Virus record (IMG/VR): IMGVR_UViG_3300023049_000005
Location: 206,757 to 270,756 of that record
DNA: 64,000 bases
Direction: 5' to 3' (one strand)
Shown here: positions 30,001 to 39,778 of the stretch, in pieces
Position numbering within the stretch: the stretch's first letter is position 1
Layout of the letters: each line of letters begins with the position of its first letter
Position numbers and translations under genes: made by a program
Notes under the pieces: model-generated
What the model was told of the DNA's origin: nothing
Seen by the model: the letters and a program-made list of their open reading frames with translations, nothing else
The model's database searches: none

Positions 30001-33000
30001 TGGAACAATATTAAATACAACAATTGGGTTAACTGTAAGTAGTAGATTATTGGATGATACGTATAATGGATTATCGTTTAGTTATAACGATTTAGAAATT
30101 GTTAGATCTAAGATAGAAAATTCTACTACGAATGCGATACAACTTGGTAATTCTATGGTTAGTAGATCAGATCTAAATTCTACTTTTGTTAATGATGCTC
30201 AATTGATTAATAATAATGTATATGATAGTATAATAAATGATGCAACAATAGAAAACCAAGGTAATATTAAGATATTAGGATACGAAAAATGGTTTAATAT
30301 CAGAACTAAAACGGAACAACAGGATATATTACAAATTCATAAATTCTTTATTAACGAAAAGGATTTTAGTAAGTTATCATATGAAGATTGGGTAGTTTTC
30401 AATAACGTGCAGTTAAGTAATAATAACCCGTCTAACATACTCGATAGACTGTTCTATGTCTTAGGTGGAGCTGATGGATATTACCAAGATGTATATGAAG
30501 ATTTAAATAGAATATTTAATAATAAGTATAGAGAGAATAATTTTAAGATATTTATTTCTAAACGATTAGAAACACAGAATAGACAAAGAACTAATATTAG
30601 ATATAATGGTGTTCAGTTAGTTGTAGATACTGCAGAGAACGAAAGTCCTATGTATTCTATTGATTTAAATATAGTAACTAATGAAATACCATATAATTCT
30701 GATTCGAGTATTTATTTAAATGCTTTAGAAAATGATGGTATACTTAAAGTAAATGCTACTAATATAAGTAAAGCGGTTTTACAGAATTACCATTTTAAAA
30801 ATAGTTGGATTAATGGTGGTACTTGGTTAAATGGTTCTATGATACAACCTGATCAGTTAAATAGTTTATATAATTATGGGTCAGTTTCTTCTACCACTAA
30901 TAGTGTTACAGTTGATTTATATGATAATAATTATGAGATAAAGTCTTCTGATATACTTGATAATGAAGTTGTACATATAAATAACATATGGGATAGTAAT
31001 TTCTTAACGTATAGTGGTGGTGATTTTATGATCGTATCAGGAACAACATCAAGAGTTTTAGAACCGTATGGTGATTTCGCAACAAACGCAACACTATCTG
31101 TTCCTATGAGTCAATATACTACACTTAATTTAAATAGAATTGACGGAGTAAATAATAATTTATCAATTGTAAGTGGTGTATTTAAGAACCAAAGTTTTTC
31201 TAATTTAAGTATACAAAACGAAGAATTAGATGTAAGAAATTTAAATTATCAGAATATTAGAAACTTAATGGTTATAAATTCTGAAATCACAAAGAGAGAT
31301 AATTTAGAGATACAAGATATATTCTTAGGATATGGACATGTCTCAAATGACTTTACTAGCAAAGAAGAATTTGGTTTAGATCTTATATCATATAAACAAA
31401 CATTAACAAACGTAAATGTTTTTGATGGTATAGTTACTAAGTCTGCTTTCATATCAGGTACATTCTCTGATGGTATATTTACTAATAATCGTTACAGAGA
31501 TATCAATGATTTGATTCCTATTAACAATAGAACCTATGCACCAACACAAAGTGCTGTGATATCTTCATGGCATTTCGGTAATTTCCTAAACGGGGAAGTT
31601 TCTGATTCAACTTGGTTGAATGGTACATTCTCTAATGGAATATTCTTAAATAGTGAATTCTTAGGTGGTATTTGGTCAAATGGTGAGTTTGGTGATATAT
31701 CAGGTAGACCAACTCTTAACTTATTTAGAAAGGGGTTGTGGTTAAATGGTGCTTTTAATAATGGAATATTTGGCGATGATGATAAAGAAGTTGGTACGAT
31801 AAATAGTATTTATACTAATAATAAGTATATTTTAGAAAGTAATATTTATACTAAAGAAGGAACAAATATATGGGAGAAAGGTAATTTCAACAATGGTGTT
31901 TTAACTTCTATTAATAATAATGTAACAATATGGAGAGACGGTAAATTTAACAATGGTAAAGTAAGTGGGTCTGTTATTTGGTATGATGGTATATTTAATA
32001 ACGGTAAATATAGTTCTAGATACGGTAGACAAGTAGCTAACGTAGCAGGTGAAGTGGATTTATTAAGTCTTGCGGATAGTTCATTAGCAGACGGATCGAG
32101 AACATTAAACTTAAATGGTATAACAGCTTCTTTCCCCTTCTTAGATCAATATAGTATTGCTTCTATTAGAGATATCAATGCTAATAATCCAAACCTATTT
32201 GATAACGCAGGAACGATTGTTCTTGATACTAGTGATAATCAATTAAAGTTCGGTTATGTTTCTTCTACTACAAGTAATACAGTGCTTGATCCATTTGATA
32301 CTAACTTATCTTCACATGGTTTCACTGAAAAGGCTGCTGATGATTTCTTTACGGGTACTATATCAAATTTATATATGCAGTTCAAACCATTAGATTACGA
32401 AGCAATTGGGACAAGTGTACACCCACTTAAAAATGCTAACATATTAGGTGCTAAGATATTCGTTCAAGATACTTCAAATGAATATATTTATGATGGATCA
32501 AGTTATGTTACTCAATCTAATTTCTTATCTGCTACAATAAGTGGCACATCGTTAACATTCAGTAGTTATTATTCTTGGAGAAATGGTGTATTCAATAACG
32601 GTGAATTTGGATTAGCGGATAATCCAAATAATATAAACCCATCATGGGAAAACGGTACTTTCAACGGTGGTGTTTTTAATGGTAAAGTTTGGAAAAATGG
32701 AACATTCGTAAAGGGTAAATTTAATGGTTCGGGTACAAATCAGTTACAAACTAGTAGTACAAATATATTTAAGGGTTATGACCCACAAGCAAGTATAGAA
32801 GAATATATCGATGATTATAGTCTATCTTTTATAGCAGCACAAAACCAAGGACAAGGATCATATAAAGTTATTTTAGATAAATATGATTGGTATGGTGTGT
32901 GGTTAAATGGTGAGGTTTCACCAAATATTAGTGGACTTAGTGTTGTTTTATCTAATTTAGAAAGCGCAGTATCTAACGTAACACCCAATTTAAGTTTTGG

Positions 33001-36000
33001 GTTAGAATCCGCATTTGCTCCTTCTGCTACTAACACATCTGTTTCCAATGCTCTTTCTAATAATTCAGGTTTATTGACAAACACATCAGTTCTTTCTAGT
33101 CCTGTTAGAGAAAATATACTTGTTGAATATTTCAACGAAGATAAATATAATAGAAGAATTAATAAAAGACCCATATTCGATAAAATGATATGGGTAAACG
33201 GTATATTTAATAACGCAGACGGAGAATTTAATGAAAGTGTTTGGCTTAGTGGTACTATGAAAAACGGTACATTTAGAAATTCTATGTTCAACCCATATGT
33301 ACAAAGATGGGATTTCGAAACAGGTGATTTAAATAATATAGAATTTAAATTTGACTTAGATACTGAGAACACTATATGGGAGAACGGAACATTTGATAGT
33401 GGTATATTCTTTTTCTCTGATTGGGAGAACGGAACATTCGAAAATGGTGTAATGATGGGTGGTAACTTTAAGGCAGGTAGAGCTAATTATATGTCTGCAT
33501 ATTCTTCTATTTGGGAAGGTGGTAGATTTAGAAATGGTAATTGGTTCGGGTCTAACTTTACGTTTGATAATATTTACAACGATCCATCTATACCCAATCC
33601 TTTTGAGTACTTACGTAATTATTTTGCTAATGTTCAATTTGCTCCTTTCGTAACAGATATTTTAGGTAATAATAGTAAGAGATTACAGGATGATAGATTA
33701 CATATATGGAATATAATAGAAGGTGATATTACTAATAGTGTTTATAATATAACAGGTCATAGTTTTGGTACTGATAGTGGATCACAAATAATCAATAACG
33801 GAACAGTAGATGTGAATAACACATACAGCTTTACTGATATATCAACTAGCCCCGCATCGGGTATATATAGATTGGAATTAAGTATATCACAAACACCAAT
33901 TGTTTTCTCTACATATGACTATATTGTGAATTTCACATTAGTTGACCAAAAGAGATATGATGAAGGGGTGTACGAAATTACTTTTTATACCGATGGTAAT
34001 ATTTGGAGTCCTATTCCAATAGTAAACAGCACGGTGTTTGAATTATATGCTGATATATACGAAAACGGTATATTAATCGAACCTGATGTATTACTAAAAC
34101 AAATCCCAATAGGTAGTTATAAGAATGTTAGGAAAACCTTTGAGGTATTAGAAAATCAAGAATATGTACTTAAAATAGAAGCCCGAATGAGTGTAGATAA
34201 TGGTACTTACACGGAGAGTTATTACTTAGCAATAGAAGAAGTAGTGGCTGAGGTTGTTTACTCAAATAAAAATAATGATCTAGAAGGGTCAATAGAATTA
34301 AATTGGGAAGGTTCATACTTAAATTCTACTGCTTCGACTGCTAGTGCTTCATTAACTTATACAAATACATTAAGTTTAGAAGATACTATTCGTTATACAG
34401 GTTTAGATGTATCTACTATAAGTATACCTACTGTATATAAAGATTATTCAAGTGCGTATTCTCAATTTGGAAACGGTACTTTCCAATCAGGTATATTTGA
34501 AAACGGAATATGGAACAACGGATATAGGGGAACAGAATACGGTCTTTATATAATAGAAGACGGTGATGTTTATCCTGGGGCGACATTAAGTTATGTTCAT
34601 TTGGGTGGTTCTTCGTCTATAGTAGAAACTAATCCATTATATAGCGATGTCCCTCAAGTTAAATATAGAACAGAACCAATTGTGTATTTTAACAGAGTAC
34701 AAAGAAGCTTTAAAGTAGGAAGAAGAAGATGGAGATTCGTTTTAGAAAGTGCTTTTGATATTGATGCTGCTAATAATACAGAAGAATATAATAGATTAAG
34801 AGTAAGTGATCAAGTGTCTATTTCTAATATAATAGCAATAGATATTAATGGTAATAGAAAATTAATTAAAGATGTATTTAGAATAATTAGAATACCAAGT
34901 AGAACTAGAATAGTAGTAGAGTATCAAGAAACTTTCCCTATCGATAGTATCCAAATAGATAGCGATAGACACTTAATTGCGGTTAGTAAAAACGTATGGT
35001 TTAATGGTGCTTTCTTAAATGGGTATTTTAAAGGTAATATGATAAACGGATTTGTTAGAGGAAATAGAAATATCACCAAGATAGAAGACTCTCAATTAAT
35101 AGACGTTGACTTCCAAGGTGGGCATTTTGTGAGTAAGAAATACACACTTAGTAGTATATTCGATACAAGAACATCCAATTCGTTAAGTTTATCTCCACAA
35201 TTCACAGAGAAATATAATAGCTTATATCATAGTGGATTAATACAAAATATGACATTCGATGATGATGTTACTTTAACCAATTATGGGTTATATTCCACAG
35301 AAGGAGTAAAAATAAACGGAAATGGGATTGGTGATCCTAAGAATGTAACTTTTGGTGCTACGGCAGTTTCGGAAGCACTTCAATATATCTATAATAGTGA
35401 CATGGATCTAGTGTATGAACCTGAATATTATAGTAGTGTATTTAACCAAAATATTATCAATACACATGCTATAAACGAATTGGAAATTGGTGAGTTCATC
35501 CCCACTAAACTATATAACATACCTGCGGGTTATATTACTTATGATGTATTAAATAGTGTATCTAATTTTAAATATTCGACTGAGCCAAATAACATTGAGG
35601 GGGTAATAGAATATAAATTAAGTTTAGGATCTAAATATAAAATATTTAATGATTTATTTAATGTTGATTTTTCACAAAGTCCAAATAATGATCCTGATAT
35701 AGATGCACCATCTACTTTTAATATAGTGGAATCAGCAACATATGGTATATTCAGACAAGGATCTATATCTAATGGTATCAATTTTAACCAACTAGAATCA
35801 CAATTTATACACGAAGACTTTATGTATATATTTGATACTAGTAGTAATGTTACAGAAAAAATAACAGGGAACAATACGTTTAAACTTAGAAATAGATATC
35901 ACTTAGTAGAAGTAGATGTAGAATTTACTAATAAAACAGTACCCAATCCTTATGTTATAACTAATACCGTTACTATAGGCACTACATATAGTTATGGTAC

Positions 36001-36661
36001 ATTCTCACTACCTAAATTAAGTATAGGGCAAGCCTATAACGAATATTTTGAAAATATTAATTTAGGTGGAACAAGTGGTTATATATCATCTTATGATAAT
36101 GATATGGTCGGATTTATTGATGGGACAAAATTAAGTGAGATAAATAATTTTGGAAATATTGGTGATACTAAACGATTAACCATGAAGTCATTTATGTATA
36201 ATAACTTTGGTGGGTATAGAGATTCAGTGAGAGTTATAGAAAAGGGCTTTAATGTTGATATAGGTTCAACCAGTAGCGAATATACAGTTAATTCTCCAAT
36301 TTATTATAAATTTAATCATTATGAGATAGATAAAATTCCTTTTTATGATTATAGAAGTTATATTGATCCATTAAGTGGTGAGGTAACAGATTGGAATATG
36401 TTAGCAAACCAAGATCAAACTAGAAAAATAGATGATAGGATTAAAACACCTTTCTATGCTTCTTCTGTTCCTATTAATTATCAAGACTCTAATTTTGTAT
36501 TAACTGATAATATAAATTTCTTAGGTGGTTCTAATATAACAGGTAATGTGATTATTGAAGAAGTAGATACATTATCAACAGCTACTATACAAGAATTATT
36601 AGATTTACTTGCTGCTAATAAACAATTTAATTTTGGTGGTGGTGGTCCTCAATCATTATAA
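27089..36661 (+). CDS. Giant (3190 aa) probable virion structural protein with WxNGxFxNG pentapeptide-like repeats
   Basis: Late promoter at 27062-27070; many WxxGxFxxG repeats; N/S/T/G-rich; no Cys seen in the translation. Confidence 0.65.
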   Translation: MSNSIQETYSSALVNYSEPRTINGVHYTRFYTEFNTELSVGDFVYILNGNYDNTDLLNINEYQQGTTGYEVLEIDRNSITLDILYRDEDPWNEDPFADYTKVYLVDNIQKFNYENIDNSFGFEGQSGDKYSIFNNNVFLSQIEDMEYTQETGTNQRFFKSFFDPERTLGMVDMRGQLFNDSTELKFDLEELTEYSLVEPNGASGSTYARFSSGQNNIRDFDIVTQVDYSTDEIIERLISLNSSNSATNTVNLWTLNKNTLDGIGDVTLRNSLNTEDVSANIVSPFIKKDGLGAFSGSLIDIRLPKYSGSTYNYISSQSGGAILGNTSRTYTLRDINQTVIVGYDDPTFENNYRAFGFYNSSDLLSDKFISPDSQDDSWTIANGQGYIDGNTQSTPYFALSSGLTGSYNYTGDFVFPQRQIGGFRVYGNIVPPYAEYSGIGRAVQIETNTWNNSVEDSTHHELVFAGTGLTSSVDPLQGGAYFYSYGGVWRDYDSIYNGNKMLGNAFELSKTTFDEYKTGSWSQSSFNPFGDFDDYPFADLKDIKFLGYEKKDFGLNIYYDSAGTPVNTFSALTFALPTFGGIGGGETFALPSEFESNGVYYSRYLVITESGTSYIINLLFNSVLLAVNTDFLTDMQNGLPQVHVVIQEIDTDLSQPTEIGVQRNLNVFDFPELIGGDYPIVSIYGTHSYYDPISGTFSGFDFSDINISTIDFSDQRWLIGSSELSPRLSNSSLLSTDANQGVYVFDRSINDTTYEFSITTTTEFDTGDTLPSNKIYKILGEVINNKRRVWVATNTGLFMFDYDLAYTFDYYFRVNFDDNEIELDESLYKNDRLYVMEEFTYDGRLFEKDKIYRHLKDEKRWVRDTTYERSYLTKAHMKDGTILEGVFNDGIFGNKNTVANWEGATWRNGIVYNVDWDSGTMSSKSDIILRQNYYATLDNSKVKISTDFTNNEGYGYNLVNFSTLKTGDVLNGTILNTTIGLTVSSRLLDDTYNGLSFSYNDLEIVRSKIENSTTNAIQLGNSMVSRSDLNSTFVNDAQLINNNVYDSIINDATIENQGNIKILGYEKWFNIRTKTEQQDILQIHKFFINEKDFSKLSYEDWVVFNNVQLSNNNPSNILDRLFYVLGGADGYYQDVYEDLNRIFNNKYRENNFKIFISKRLETQNRQRTNIRYNGVQLVVDTAENESPMYSIDLNIVTNEIPYNSDSSIYLNALENDGILKVNATNISKAVLQNYHFKNSWINGGTWLNGSMIQPDQLNSLYNYGSVSSTTNSVTVDLYDNNYEIKSSDILDNEVVHINNIWDSNFLTYSGGDFMIVSGTTSRVLEPYGDFATNATLSVPMSQYTTLNLNRIDGVNNNLSIVSGVFKNQSFSNLSIQNEELDVRNLNYQNIRNLMVINSEITKRDNLEIQDIFLGYGHVSNDFTSKEEFGLDLISYKQTLTNVNVFDGIVTKSAFISGTFSDGIFTNNRYRDINDLIPINNRTYAPTQSAVISSWHFGNFLNGEVSDSTWLNGTFSNGIFLNSEFLGGIWSNGEFGDISGRPTLNLFRKGLWLNGAFNNGIFGDDDKEVGTINSIYTNNKYILESNIYTKEGTNIWEKGNFNNGVLTSINNNVTIWRDGKFNNGKVSGSVIWYDGIFNNGKYSSRYGRQVANVAGEVDLLSLADSSLADGSRTLNLNGITASFPFLDQYSIASIRDINANNPNLFDNAGTIVLDTSDNQLKFGYVSSTTSNTVLDPFDTNLSSHGFTEKAADDFFTGTISNLYMQFKPLDYEAIGTSVHPLKNANILGAKIFVQDTSNEYIYDGSSYVTQSNFLSATISGTSLTFSSYYSWRNGVFNNGEFGLADNPNNINPSWENGTFNGGVFNGKVWKNGTFVKGKFNGSGTNQLQTSSTNIFKGYDPQASIEEYIDDYSLSFIAAQNQGQGSYKVILDKYDWYGVWLNGEVSPNISGLSVVLSNLESAVSNVTPNLSFGLESAFAPSATNTSVSNALSNNSGLLTNTSVLSSPVRENILVEYFNEDKYNRRINKRPIFDKMIWVNGIFNNADGEFNESVWLSGTMKNGTFRNSMFNPYVQRWDFETGDLNNIEFKFDLDTENTIWENGTFDSGIFFFSDWENGTFENGVMMGGNFKAGRANYMSAYSSIWEGGRFRNGNWFGSNFTFDNIYNDPSIPNPFEYLRNYFANVQFAPFVTDILGNNSKRLQDDRLHIWNIIEGDITNSVYNITGHSFGTDSGSQIINNGTVDVNNTYSFTDISTSPASGIYRLELSISQTPIVFSTYDYIVNFTLVDQKRYDEGVYEITFYTDGNIWSPIPIVNSTVFELYADIYENGILIEPDVLLKQIPIGSYKNVRKTFEVLENQEYVLKIEARMSVDNGTYTESYYLAIEEVVAEVVYSNKNNDLEGSIELNWEGSYLNSTASTASASLTYTNTLSLEDTIRYTGLDVSTISIPTVYKDYSSAYSQFGNGTFQSGIFENGIWNNGYRGTEYGLYIIEDGDVYPGATLSYVHLGGSSSIVETNPLYSDVPQVKYRTEPIVYFNRVQRSFKVGRRRWRFVLESAFDIDAANNTEEYNRLRVSDQVSISNIIAIDINGNRKLIKDVFRIIRIPSRTRIVVEYQETFPIDSIQIDSDRHLIAVSKNVWFNGAFLNGYFKGNMINGFVRGNRNITKIEDSQLIDVDFQGGHFVSKKYTLSSIFDTRTSNSLSLSPQFTEKYNSLYHSGLIQNMTFDDDVTLTNYGLYSTEGVKINGNGIGDPKNVTFGATAVSEALQYIYNSDMDLVYEPEYYSSVFNQNIINTHAINELEIGEFIPTKLYNIPAGYITYDVLNSVSNFKYSTEPNNIEGVIEYKLSLGSKYKIFNDLFNVDFSQSPNNDPDIDAPSTFNIVESATYGIFRQGSISNGINFNQLESQFIHEDFMYIFDTSSNVTEKITGNNTFKLRNRYHLVEVDVEFTNKTVPNPYVITNTVTIGTTYSYGTFSLPKLSIGQAYNEYFENINLGGTSGYISSYDNDMVGFIDGTKLSEINNFGNIGDTKRLTMKSFMYNNFGGYRDSVRVIEKGFNVDIGSTSSEYTVNSPIYYKFNHYEIDKIPFYDYRSYIDPLSGEVTDWNMLANQDQTRKIDDRIKTPFYASSVPINYQDSNFVLTDNINFLGGSNITGNVIIEEVDTLSTATIQELLDLLAANKQFNFGGGGPQSL

Positions 36662-36700
36662 AAAAAAAGGGGGGATAGTTAAAAACATATCCCCCCTTTC
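36661..36700. terminator. Bidirectional intrinsic terminator
   Basis: A8-GGGGGGATA...TATCCCCCC-TTT between convergent genes. Confidence 0.85.
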
Positions 36701-36719
36701 AGACAAACTAAAAACTAAT

Positions 36720-37454
36720 CTATTGTTTGATAAACTGTTTCGTCAATGTCTTTCCATCTTTGTTCAACATTAATATATAATTACCTCTAGTTAAAGAAGT
36801 AACATCGATTCTGTTGTTATTTAAATTACCTTGTTTAACCATACTACCATTGATATTAAATACACTAAAGGTAGCGTTAGAAACATCATTACTAACATTC
36901 AAATAGTCAGTAGTTGGATTAGGATAAATTGTAAAAGAAAGTGATTCTTTCTCAAAGCTATTATCATTAATACCTGTAGTAATACTACTTACAAAAATAG
37001 TATCTACTGTGTGTATAATATCAACATCAACTTGATATCTACCTGCAAAAACAGTATTACTAATATTAAAATCTAATACATCACCTGATTTTAATATTAA
37101 ACTATCTTTAACTACATTAAATAGAGACATATTATTACCACTAGTGATGGTCGTAGAATTTGTATCAATAGTGAAATTATAACCGCCTCTTATATGGGTT
37201 AAGGAAAAACTCACTTTATATGAGTTATAAGTAGTAGGTATAGTTTCACTATACAGTGTAACTGCAGCCCTCATGTTCTGAACTCCACTATTATAAGCAT
37301 ATAGTGTATCAACTTTAGAGCTATCTTGTGTATAGTTATTGATGTTTGTATCATTAACTACCATTTGATTTGATACATCGAAAAACACAGTATCCTGAGC
37401 GTTCAATGTCGTTGCAAATAATGCAACTATTAAGATTGAGATTAACTTTTTCAT
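36720..37454 (-). CDS. Secreted protein with T9SS type-A C-terminal sorting domain
   Basis: Signal peptide MKKLISILIVALFATTLNAQ; CTD IYPNPTTDYLNV...GNYIL...KQFIKQ; minus-strand TATATTTG at 37490-37497. Confidence 0.9.
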   Translation of the reverse strand: MKKLISILIVALFATTLNAQDTVFFDVSNQMVVNDTNINNYTQDSSKVDTLYAYNSGVQNMRAAVTLYSETIPTTYNSYKVSFSLTHIRGGYNFTIDTNSTTITSGNNMSLFNVVKDSLILKSGDVLDFNISNTVFAGRYQVDVDIIHTVDTIFVSSITTGINDNSFEKESLSFTIYPNPTTDYLNVSNDVSNATFSVFNINGSMVKQGNLNNNRIDVTSLTRGNYILMLNKDGKTLTKQFIKQ

Positions 37455-37614
37455 TGTTTTTAGTTTTAGTTATTATTGTTTTGTTGGTACAAATATACGA
37501 ATACTTTTTAAATAAACAAGCTTTTCTGTAAAAAAAATTATTCTTATATTAAATCCTTGTTTTAGTTCAGCACAAATATAAGAAAACTTTTATATACAAT
37601 CAACTATAATTAAT

Positions 37615-38001
37615 ATGATATTATTTAATGAAGAATACGACTTAGAAAAAAAGAAGTCATTAATAAAAGAACATAACCAAAGGTATTATAATGCAGTTTA
37701 TATAGACATACCTGATTATGTTATAAGTAAAATATTCTTTTTAACTAATACTATAAATATCAATAATAAGGGTGTAGATAACGTAACTATGTATTCTATA
37801 TCAGAATTAACAGAGGAATTTTTAAAAGATAAGATCATTTTTTTCAATAAATTAACACTTGAGCCATTTAATTATCATATAAATAATGATCCTGTTGTAT
37901 TACATGGTAATATTTATAATAGAAGTCAATATATGGATTTACCCATTTATCAAAAATATTTAGTAGAGAAGAGAGAACTTTATATTAAAGATTGTCTTTA
38001 A
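37615..38001 (+). CDS. Hypothetical protein with C-terminal EKRExxIxxxL tag
   Basis: Ends LVEKRELYIKDCL; AAAC-N17-TATAAT at 37584-37610. Confidence 0.6.
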   Translation: MILFNEEYDLEKKKSLIKEHNQRYYNAVYIDIPDYVISKIFFLTNTININNKGVDNVTMYSISELTEEFLKDKIIFFNKLTLEPFNYHINNDPVVLHGNIYNRSQYMDLPIYQKYLVEKRELYIKDCL

Positions 38002-38524
38002 TATAAAGTTCTATTATAGCTTCTTTTTCTTTATCTGTATTAGAAATATTCCATTGCCAAGCATAGCTACATTCGATGAAATCTATACTAGCTTTTATTT
38101 TATTGATTTTTTCTTTAATTAAATTAGTATCATCTTCTTTGAACTCAAAGTCAATCTTCAAATCATTACATATTAGATATAATGATAGTATATCATTGTT
38201 TTTATAGTGTTCACTTGCTCTAAGATAATATTCAGAAAGATCTTCTGTTACATCAGGGTGTGTTTTCTTAGCTATTTTACGAAATACATCTTTTGCTTTT
38301 TGGTCAATATTCTTCTTTAGTTTAAGTTTGCCTAGATCTATTCTTTTATTAGTAGAACTATCATCCGCTATCCTAATATCTTCTCTTTGTTCGATTGTTT
38401 TCCCTATCTGTTGAATGAATTTTTGATTCGCTTCATCCATACACTCTTGTTTATATTCTAAATCAGCATTCAAATAGTCTAATTCTTTAAACAGTTTGTT
38501 TACTTCTAGGGTTTTCTTGTCCAT
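37985..38524 (-). CDS. J-domain (DnaJ-like) protein
   Basis: VFRKIAKKTHPD: helix II followed by HPD. Confidence 0.7.
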   Translation of the reverse strand: MDKKTLEVNKLFKELDYLNADLEYKQECMDEANQKFIQQIGKTIEQREDIRIADDSSTNKRIDLGKLKLKKNIDQKAKDVFRKIAKKTHPDVTEDLSEYYLRASEHYKNNDILSLYLICNDLKIDFEFKEDDTNLIKEKINKIKASIDFIECSYAWQWNISNTDKEKEAIIELYIKDNL

Positions 38525-38559
38525 TAAAATGAGATATATTTATTAATATATATAATAAT

Positions 38560-39003
38560 ATGAAACGTACTATAAATAATTTCGAAAATTGGGTAACAAT
38601 AAATGAAGAAGGCGGTGCTGCAGGTGGTGGCGCAGGCGCAGGAGCAGCAGGTGGTGGAACAGGTGCAGGAGTAGCATCAGGTTCAGGATCAGGTGATGCT
38701 TCGGCAGGAACGACTCCTGTATCAACAGGTGGGGTAGCTTACTTCAACCAAGGATCTGTTGATGGAATGGGTGCTGTTAAAAATTCAACAGTTTCTCCCG
38801 TACCAGGCTCACCAAAAGAGAGTGAAGCAGGATCAGGTGATGTATCATTACCCGCATTTACTTTTACTAAAGACACAGGTATAACAGGAAATAAGTTCCA
38901 CAAAATGGGTAAAGTAAAAGTTGATATGGGTACAATCAAAAAGATAAAAGATAAAGTAGGTCTAGGTAAAGTTAAATCTTTCGAAGACTTCTTAAATAAA
39001 TAA
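38560..39003 (+). CDS. Gly/Ala-rich protein with tag-like motifs at both ends
   Basis: MKRTINNFENWVTINEE ... KVKSFEDFLNK; late promoter at 38544-38552. Confidence 0.7.
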   Translation: MKRTINNFENWVTINEEGGAAGGGAGAGAAGGGTGAGVASGSGSGDASAGTTPVSTGGVAYFNQGSVDGMGAVKNSTVSPVPGSPKESEAGSGDVSLPAFTFTKDTGITGNKFHKMGKVKVDMGTIKKIKDKVGLGKVKSFEDFLNK

Positions 39004-39013
39004 TTAAAGTAAT

Positions 39014-39778
39014 ATGAGATTTGTAAAAAAATATGATAAATTCTTAGAAAGTTATTCAGAAGATATCGATGAAGTAATGGATGATAAAGATAACGAATAC
39101 GTTCTAATAGAAAATGGTGAAGTAAACTCAGCGTTTGAAACAGTAGAAACAGCATTCGAATACTTAGCTGATATGTTAGAAGACAAAAAGCAATTAGATA
39201 TTGATCAAAAAGAAGAATTTTTAGAAATCACTAAAGAAGAATTGGGTAAACTAGATTCTGAAATCATATTACAAGAAGAGATAGATTTCGTATTAAACTT
39301 CATATTAGATCGTTTTAATATAGTAGAACCTTTTGAAATCAAAGCTAGAATAGAAATAGAAGATACTCCAATAGATGATACTATCGATACAGAACTAGAA
39401 GAACTATTAGGAGAAAGTAAAGAATATTTAATATTCTCATCTGATGGGAAAGAATTAGATGGTTTTGATAGTAAAGAAGAAGCAGATGATTTTAAAGAAG
39501 AATATGATAAAGTCTATAACAGTTGTAAAGTAGTTCATAAAGATGATATGATTAAAGAATCTGTTTTATCCGAGAGAGGTTGTGATTGTGAAGATTGTGA
39601 ATGCCATAAAACAGGATTGTGTTCATGTGGATCAGATTGTAGTTGTACTAAATGTAAGTTAATTAAAGTACATATGCGTCATTGTAACCAAGGAGATTTT
39701 GAAGATTCTTGTAAGTATGGTGATCCTAATTGCCCTATGTTAAACCAAGAGCAAGAAGAAGATACTTTTTCAAAGTAA
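39014..39778 (+). CDS. Acidic tagged protein with metallothionein-like Cys-rich tail
   Basis: MRFVKKYDKFLES; CDCEDCECHKTGLCSCGSDCSCTKC...HC...C...CP. Confidence 0.7.
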   Translation: MRFVKKYDKFLESYSEDIDEVMDDKDNEYVLIENGEVNSAFETVETAFEYLADMLEDKKQLDIDQKEEFLEITKEELGKLDSEIILQEEIDFVLNFILDRFNIVEPFEIKARIEIEDTPIDDTIDTELEELLGESKEYLIFSSDGKELDGFDSKEEADDFKEEYDKVYNSCKVVHKDDMIKESVLSERGCDCEDCECHKTGLCSCGSDCSCTKCKLIKVHMRHCNQGDFEDSCKYGDPNCPMLNQEQEEDTFSK

